A program made the position numbers and the translations under genes. Under the pieces are notes generated by a model. The model searched no databases. It saw nothing but the letters and a program-made list of their open reading frames with translations, and was not told where the DNA came from. Shown here in pieces: positions 58,607 to 64,000 of a DNA stretch of 64,000 nt (the stretch's first letter is position 1; each line of letters starts with the position of its first letter). This DNA comes from Rhabdothermincola salaria (GTDB lineage: Bacteria > Actinomycetota > Acidimicrobiia > Acidimicrobiales > Acidimicrobilacustridaceae): assembly GCF_021246445.1 (NCBI RefSeq), contig NZ_JAJQXW010000002.1, forward strand, positions 248,001 through 312,000. Reading direction: 5' to 3'.

Positions 58607-59203
58607 TTGAGCAACAACGTCATCACCCCGGTGGAGCTCCGCCACCTGATCAGCAACGACGCCGACGTCCACCTCATCGACGTCCGCACCGCCGCCGAGT
58701 TCGAGTCGGCCCACATCCCCGGCTCCTACCACGTGCCCCTCGACACCCTGAGCGAGCACCGCGACGAGATCAAACGACACCTCACCCAGCCGGTGGTGCT
58801 CGTCTGCCAGTCCGGCAACCGGGCCAGCCAGGCCGGTGAGCAGCTCGCCGCCGCCGGCATGGAGAACGTCCGGGTCCTCGAGGGCGGTGTCGGCCAGTGG
58901 ACCATGGTCGGGGGCGACATCAACGCCGCCGGCCAGAAGTGGGGCCTCGAGCGCCAGGTGCGCCTGGTGGCCGGGTCGATCGTCCTCATCTCTGTCATCG
59001 CCAGCCTCTTCGTGCGACCCTTGGCCTTGATCGCCGGCTTCGTCGGCGCCGGGCTCACCTTCTCGGCCGTCACCAACACGTGCGGCATGGCGATGGTGCT
59101 GTCGAAGCTCCCGTACAACAAGGGCGCGACCTGCGATGTGCGTGAGGTCATCGCCGAACTGACCGGAACCCCGACCCCCCCTGCGTCCGCGCAGGCCTCG
59201 TGA
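58607..59203 (+). CDS. Rhodanese domain + DUF2892 membrane protein (YgaP-like)
   Basis: AAGGA RBS + TTG; IDVRT..HIPGS, CQSGNR, LERQVR..TNTCGM. Confidence 0.9.
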   Translation: MSNNVITPVELRHLISNDADVHLIDVRTAAEFESAHIPGSYHVPLDTLSEHRDEIKRHLTQPVVLVCQSGNRASQAGEQLAAAGMENVRVLEGGVGQWTMVGGDINAAGQKWGLERQVRLVAGSIVLISVIASLFVRPLALIAGFVGAGLTFSAVTNTCGMAMVLSKLPYNKGATCDVREVIAELTGTPTPPASAQAS

Positions 59204-59220
59204 GCCAAGGAGCCTCAGCG

Positions 59221-60612
59221 ATGCTGCACTTCACCCAGTACTACCTCGACTGCCTGTCACACGCCTCGTACCTGATCGGTGACACCACCACCGGCCGGGC
59301 CGTGGTCGTCGACCCCCGCCGCGACGTCCAGGAGTACCTCGACGACGCGGCCGCCAACGGTCTCTCGATCGAGCTGGTCATCGAGACCCACTTCCACGCC
59401 GACTTCCTGTCGGGCCACCTCGAGCTGGCCGCGGCCACGGGAGCCGAGATCGCCTTCGGCGAGGTCGCCGAGACCGAGTTCGCCAGCCGCAAGCTGCGCG
59501 ACGGCGAGCGCATCTCGCTCGGCGAGGTCGCCCTCGAGATCCGCTCGACCCCGGGGCACACCCCCGAGTCGATCAGCGTGGTCGTGTACGAGAAGACCAC
59601 CGACGAGGTGCCCTACGGCGTCCTCACCGGCGACACCCTCTTCATCGGCGACGTGGGCCGCCCGGACCTCCTCGGATCCGTCGGCGTCACCGCCGACGAG
59701 CTGGCCCGCAAGCTCTACACGTCGCTGCACGACAAGCTGCTCGACCTGCCCGACGCCACCAAGGTCTTCCCGGCCCACGGCGCCGGCTCCGCCTGCGGCA
59801 AGAACCTGTCCACCGAGACCGTGTCCACCATGGGCGAGCAGCGCCAGACCAACTACGCGCTGCAGGACATGACCCCCGACCAGTTCGTCGCCATGGTCAC
59901 CGCCGACCAACCGGCGGCCCCCGAGTACTTCCCCTACAACGCGGTGCTGAACCGCAAGGAACGGGATCTGCTCGCCGAAGAGCAGGTCCCCGACCAGATG
60001 GCGCTGGAGGACGTGCTCGCCCGCCAGGCCGAGGGTGCCGTGGTCATCGACACCCGTGAGCCCGACATCTACGCCTGGGGCCACCTCAGGGGTTCGGTGA
60101 ACATCGGCATCAGCGGCCGCTTCGCCGAGTACGGCGGCACCGTGGTGAGCCACGACACGCCGATCATCCTCTTCGGCGACGCCCCCGCCGTGGCCGAGGC
60201 CAAGCTCCGACTGGGCCGCATCGGCTTCGATCAGGTGATCGGTGCCCTCGTCGAGCCGGACCGGGTCCTGGTCGACAACCCCGAGCTGGTCGAGCGTGCC
60301 TCGCAGATCACCGCCGGCGACCTGCGCCAGCGCCTCGACTCGGACCAGGCCACCCAACTCGTCGACATCCGCAACCCGGGCGAGGTGAACCTCGGCACCA
60401 TCGACAGCGCCAGGCCCGTCCCGCTGGCGCAGCTGCGGGACCGCCTCGACGAGCTCGACCCGGAAGCTCCCACCGTCGTGTTCTGCGCCGGCGGGTACCG
60501 GTCGTCGATCGCCGCCAGCCTGCTCGAGTCCGTCGGGTTCTCCGACGTCTCCGACGTGCTCGGCGGCTACGGGGCCTGGATGGCTCTGCACGAGGAGAAC
60601 GCCTCGGTCTGA
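59221..60612 (+). CDS. MBL-fold persulfide dioxygenase-rhodanese fusion (CstB-like)
   Basis: ETHFHADF, PGHTPE, GDVGRPDL, HGAGSACGK, Cys-less middle rhodanese domain, C-terminal FCAGGYRS; alternative GTG start at 59200. Confidence 0.92.
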   Translation: MLHFTQYYLDCLSHASYLIGDTTTGRAVVVDPRRDVQEYLDDAAANGLSIELVIETHFHADFLSGHLELAAATGAEIAFGEVAETEFASRKLRDGERISLGEVALEIRSTPGHTPESISVVVYEKTTDEVPYGVLTGDTLFIGDVGRPDLLGSVGVTADELARKLYTSLHDKLLDLPDATKVFPAHGAGSACGKNLSTETVSTMGEQRQTNYALQDMTPDQFVAMVTADQPAAPEYFPYNAVLNRKERDLLAEEQVPDQMALEDVLARQAEGAVVIDTREPDIYAWGHLRGSVNIGISGRFAEYGGTVVSHDTPIILFGDAPAVAEAKLRLGRIGFDQVIGALVEPDRVLVDNPELVERASQITAGDLRQRLDSDQATQLVDIRNPGEVNLGTIDSARPVPLAQLRDRLDELDPEAPTVVFCAGGYRSSIAASLLESVGFSDVSDVLGGYGAWMALHEENASV

Positions 60613-60651
60613 GCCGCCGGACCGCCGCTCGAGCGGTCCTCGCCCACCCGA

Positions 60652-60710
60652 GAACCCCGTCCGTCGCTCGGGGTCGCCGCGAGCGGCGACCGCGTGCGGC
60701 GACGGGGTTC
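60652..60710 (+). terminator. Large hairpin closing the sulfur operon
   Basis: GAACCCCGTC/GACGGGGTTC outer and GGTCGCCGC/GCGGCGACC inner stems. Confidence 0.6.
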
Positions 60711-60796
60711 GGCGCGTCCGGACCACGCCACCGAGACCGCCCACGGCCGCGGACCGGCGCATGCGTGGCGGTGTGGCGGGGAAGGTTCTCCGGGAG

Positions 60797-61519
60797 ATGT
60801 ACGGCGTCGTGATCCTCTTCGTCGTCGCCTTGGTCTCGTTGCTGATGACCAGGGTGGCGACCGTGGCCCTCACCGCCACCGGGATGCCCTCGGTCTCGGC
60901 CCGCTTCCAGGCCCGGTCGGCGTTGAGCGGTGTCGGGTTCACGACCTCCGAAGCCGAGAAGGTCGTCAGCCACCCGGCCCGGCGCCGCATCATCATGGCG
61001 TTGATGCTGGCCGGCAACATCGGCATCGTCACCGCCGTCGCCGGGCTCCTCGGCAGCTTCCTCAACACGCCCGACGCCAGCCGTGGCCTGCTGCGAGGCG
61101 GCCTGCTGGTGGCCGGGCTGGCCGTCGTCTACGCCATCTCGAAGTCCAAGTGGGTGGACACGCGGCTGGCGTCGTGGATCGGGCGGTGGTTGGAGCGCTA
61201 CACCGACCTCGACGTCAAGGACTACGCCGCCCTCCTGCACATCTCGGGCGACTACGCGGTGAAGGAGCTGTCGGTGCAGCCCGGCTCGTGGCTCACCGAG
61301 GCGACGCTCGGCGAGCTCCGACTCCGAGACGAAGGGGTCCTCGTGCTCGGCATCGTGAAGCCCGACGGGACCTACGAGGGGGCGCCCGGGCCCCACAGCC
61401 GACTCGTCGGCGACGAGACCGTGATCCTGTACGGCACGACCGGCAAGGTCGGCGAGCTGGCCGAACGGCCGTCCGGTCCGGTCGGCGACACCGAGCACGA
61501 GCGCGGCCGGCTCGACTGA
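60797..61519 (+). CDS. Membrane protein with TrkA-C (RCK_C) domain
   Basis: ARFQARSALSGVGFTTSEAE, 3 TM segments, LRDEGVLVLGI..GDETVILYG. Confidence 0.85.
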   Translation: MYGVVILFVVALVSLLMTRVATVALTATGMPSVSARFQARSALSGVGFTTSEAEKVVSHPARRRIIMALMLAGNIGIVTAVAGLLGSFLNTPDASRGLLRGGLLVAGLAVVYAISKSKWVDTRLASWIGRWLERYTDLDVKDYAALLHISGDYAVKELSVQPGSWLTEATLGELRLRDEGVLVLGIVKPDGTYEGAPGPHSRLVGDETVILYGTTGKVGELAERPSGPVGDTEHERGRLD

Positions 61520-61594
61520 GCCCGCGGTGGGCCGAGGGCCGACGCCGGACCCGAGCCCCGCCTTCGGCGCGCCCGCGTCACTAGGGTGAGATCC

Positions 61595-62752
61595 GTGGGG
61601 GACGATCTGACGGGCTGGCAGGAGGCGTGCGAGCGCCTGGCGGCACTGGGGAGACGGCTGGCCGACGACGACTTCCCGGCCGCGCCCGAGGACCGGGCCG
61701 ACGGAGTGGCCCACCTCGCCGAGCAGGCCCTGTGCTGGTTGGGTTGGTCGGTCTTCCACGACGACCCCCGGCGGCCCGCTTTCCACCGCCAGAACGACCT
61801 GGTCACTCCCTGGGGCGGACCCAACGCCGACAACGTCTACCGCCACGCGCGGGTCGAGTCCGGTCGCCGGTACCGGCTCCGCGGCCGCATGCACGCCTGC
61901 GAGGAGTGGGTGCTGGCGGTGCGCAAGGGGTTCATGCACCAGCCGACCTGGGGAACCGTGTTCGAGATCACCGCGACCGACCTCGGACTCGGCCCGGGCG
62001 ACGAGATCGACATCGAGATCGGTGGCGACGGACCCATCCCCCTCCCGGAGGGCGCCGTGATGGTGTCGATCCGGGAGTACTACCTCGACTGGCGAGAGGC
62101 CGAGCCGGCCACCTTCACCATCGAGTGCCTCGACGACGACGCCGACCAACCCGCACCGCGCCGCACGCCCGGTGAGCTCGGCCCCCGCCTGGCCGAGGGC
62201 GTCGACGGGGTCAGCCACTCGCTCGAGTACTGGAACACCTACATGCGCGACAAGGCCGCCGAGCGGCCGCGCAACACCTTCGGGCCGACCTTCGGCCTGG
62301 CCAAGGGGCTCGACGCGGCCCGGTACGGCTTCTGCTTCTGGGAGCTCGGGCCCGACGACGCCCTCCTCGTCGAGATCGAAGCCCCGGTGGCCCGCTACTG
62401 GAGCTTCCAGCTCTACGAGATGACCTGGTTCGAGCTCATCGACATCACCGAACGGCAGAGCTCGCTCAACCACGCGCAAGTGGCCGTCGACGGCGACGGC
62501 CACGTGCGCCTGGTCGTGTCCCACACCGATCCGGGGGTGGCCAACTGGCTCGACGCCGGCGGTCGCGCCGGCGGACTGCTGTCGCTGCGCTGCTTCTGGG
62601 CCACCTCCGCCCCCGACGCCCACGCCACGGTGATGCCGGTCGCCGAGGTGGTCGACCACCTCCCGCCGGGCACCGCGACCGTCGACGCCGCCACCCGGGC
62701 CGAGACCATGCGGGCTCGACGCCGCCACCTGGCCTGGCGCTTCCGAACCTAG
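61595..62752 (+). CDS. DUF1214-like domain protein
   Basis: WGGPNADNVY, ARYWSFQLY, SSLN, DPGVANWLD; GTG 61595 lies 7 nt after TAGGGT. Confidence 0.8.
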   Translation: MGDDLTGWQEACERLAALGRRLADDDFPAAPEDRADGVAHLAEQALCWLGWSVFHDDPRRPAFHRQNDLVTPWGGPNADNVYRHARVESGRRYRLRGRMHACEEWVLAVRKGFMHQPTWGTVFEITATDLGLGPGDEIDIEIGGDGPIPLPEGAVMVSIREYYLDWREAEPATFTIECLDDDADQPAPRRTPGELGPRLAEGVDGVSHSLEYWNTYMRDKAAERPRNTFGPTFGLAKGLDAARYGFCFWELGPDDALLVEIEAPVARYWSFQLYEMTWFELIDITERQSSLNHAQVAVDGDGHVRLVVSHTDPGVANWLDAGGRAGGLLSLRCFWATSAPDAHATVMPVAEVVDHLPPGTATVDAATRAETMRARRRHLAWRFRT

Positions 62753-62759
62753 GGGATCG

Positions 62760-63527
62760 ATGCGCGGACGCATGGACGGCAAGGTGGTGCTCGCCACCGG
62801 CAGCGCCCGCGGCATCGGGCGGGCAGTGGCCCGCCGCATGGCGGTCGAGGGCGCCCGTCTGTGGCTCAACGACATCGACGACGGTCTTCTCTCGGTGCTC
62901 CTCGAGGAGCTGCGGGCCGCCGGCGCGGAGGCCGACGGCATGGCCGGCGACGCCGCCGACTCCTCGTTCGTCGACCAGTGGGTGCAGGGTGCCATCGACC
63001 GGTTCGGGCAGCTGGACGTGCTCTACAACAACGTCGGGGTCTCGCGCGAGGGGCTCGTCGGCGACCTCACCGACCGCGACTGGCGCTTCCAGCAACGTCT
63101 CACCCTCGACACCGTGTTCTTCGCCACCCGGGCGGTGCTGCCCCCCATGGTCGAGCGGGGGCGGGGCTCCATCGTCAGCATGTCGTCGGGCGCCGGCATC
63201 GGCGGCCAGTACGGGCTGGGCGGCTACGCGGCCGCCAAGGCCGGGGTCATCAACCTCATGGAGACGGTGGCCATGGAGTACGGCCCGCAGGGCATCCGCG
63301 CCAACGCGGTCACGCCAGGCCCCACCGCCACCGCCCCGCTCCTCGCCTACCTCGAACGCCAGCCCGGCGGGGTGGACGCCCACACCAGCGGGCTCGACCT
63401 GCGGCGGCTCAGTCAGCCCGAGGAGGTGGCCAACACCGTGCTGTGGCTGGCGTCGGACGAGTCGTCGAACATCACCGGCATCTGCGTGCGCAGCAACATC
63501 CGTGCTGCCAGCAACCGGCCGGACTGA
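62760..63527 (+). CDS. SDR family oxidoreductase
   Basis: TGSARGIG, YNNVG, YAAAK. Confidence 0.92.
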   Translation: MRGRMDGKVVLATGSARGIGRAVARRMAVEGARLWLNDIDDGLLSVLLEELRAAGAEADGMAGDAADSSFVDQWVQGAIDRFGQLDVLYNNVGVSREGLVGDLTDRDWRFQQRLTLDTVFFATRAVLPPMVERGRGSIVSMSSGAGIGGQYGLGGYAAAKAGVINLMETVAMEYGPQGIRANAVTPGPTATAPLLAYLERQPGGVDAHTSGLDLRRLSQPEEVANTVLWLASDESSNITGICVRSNIRAASNRPD

Positions 63528-63533
63528 ACCCGC

Positions 63534-64000
63534 TCAGCGCAACATGATGGCGCCGCCGTCGGCCATGATCGTCTGGCCGGTCATGTACCGGCAGGCGTCG
63601 GAGAGCAAGAAGGTCACGATGGGGGCGATGTCGTCCTCGGCGTCGCCGTCGCGGGCGATGGGTTGGTTGGCGAAGGTGGCCGCGAAGATCGCCGCTCGCT
63701 CGGGATCGTCGCCGGGCGGGGCCCGGTGCGCCACCGACACCGGGCAGACGCAGTTGACCACGATGCCGTGGGGGCCCCATTCGCGGGCGGCCACCCGGGT
63801 GAGCCCCCGGATGGCCTCCTTCGACGAGGCGTAGGGCCCGTACCCGGCGGCCCCGTTGAGCCCGCCGTTGGAGCCCATGGTGACGATGCGCCCCCAGCCC
63901 TGGTCGCGCATGAGGGGGAACACGGCCTGCATGGCCCACAGGGTGCCCTTGGGTCCCGTGTCGTACAGCAGGTCCATGTCGGCCTCGGTCACGTCCTCGA
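63534..64000 (-). CDS. SDR family oxidoreductase (5' end outside window)
   Basis: YASSK, AREWG, MTGQTIMADGG. Confidence 0.88.
   Translation of the reverse strand, partial: EDVTEADMDLLYDTGPKGTLWAMQAVFPLMRDQGWGRIVTMGSNGGLNGAAGYGPYASSKEAIRGLTRVAAREWGPHGIVVNCVCPVSVAHRAPPGDDPERAAIFAATFANQPIARDGDAEDDIAPIVTFLLSDACRYMTGQTIMADGGAIMLR

Noticed and set aside
60308..62995. 895-aa minus-strand ORF
   Set aside because: Antisense to well-supported genes, with no motifs

Overview
Very GC-rich, gene-dense chromosomal segment. The gene content (F420-type LLM/PPOX enzymes, many SDRs and crotonases, orphan lipoprotein solute-binding proteins, leaderless TANNNT promoters) points to an actinobacterium, probably Acidimicrobiia-like (inference). 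About 65 CDS are supported. No rRNA, tRNA, CRISPR array, transposase, integrase or prophage gene was seen. Main modules: (i) a processive GT2 synthase coupled to a small membrane protein (0.9-2.7 kb); (ii) modABC with an HTH-TOBE regulator (12-15 kb); (iii) MerR - 4xCxxC zinc-finger - SulP (frameshifted) - USP (no canonical start codon) (18.5-21.5 kb); (iv) lipid/steroid-like catabolic genes, including a 37.6-46.3 kb cluster whose two divergent promoters share a 15-bp palindromic operator; (v) MMPL/TetR/diguanylate cyclase (51-56 kb); (vi) the best candidate for an undescribed system, a SulP - beta-carbonic anhydrase - rhodanese/DUF2892 - CstB-like persulfide dioxygenase operon behind a perfect 16-bp inverted repeat made of two CsoR/CstR-type operators (56-60.7 kb). 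All calls come from motif reading by eye, with no database searches. Several starts were moved from the ORF track using RBS, -10 box or stop/start overlap evidence.
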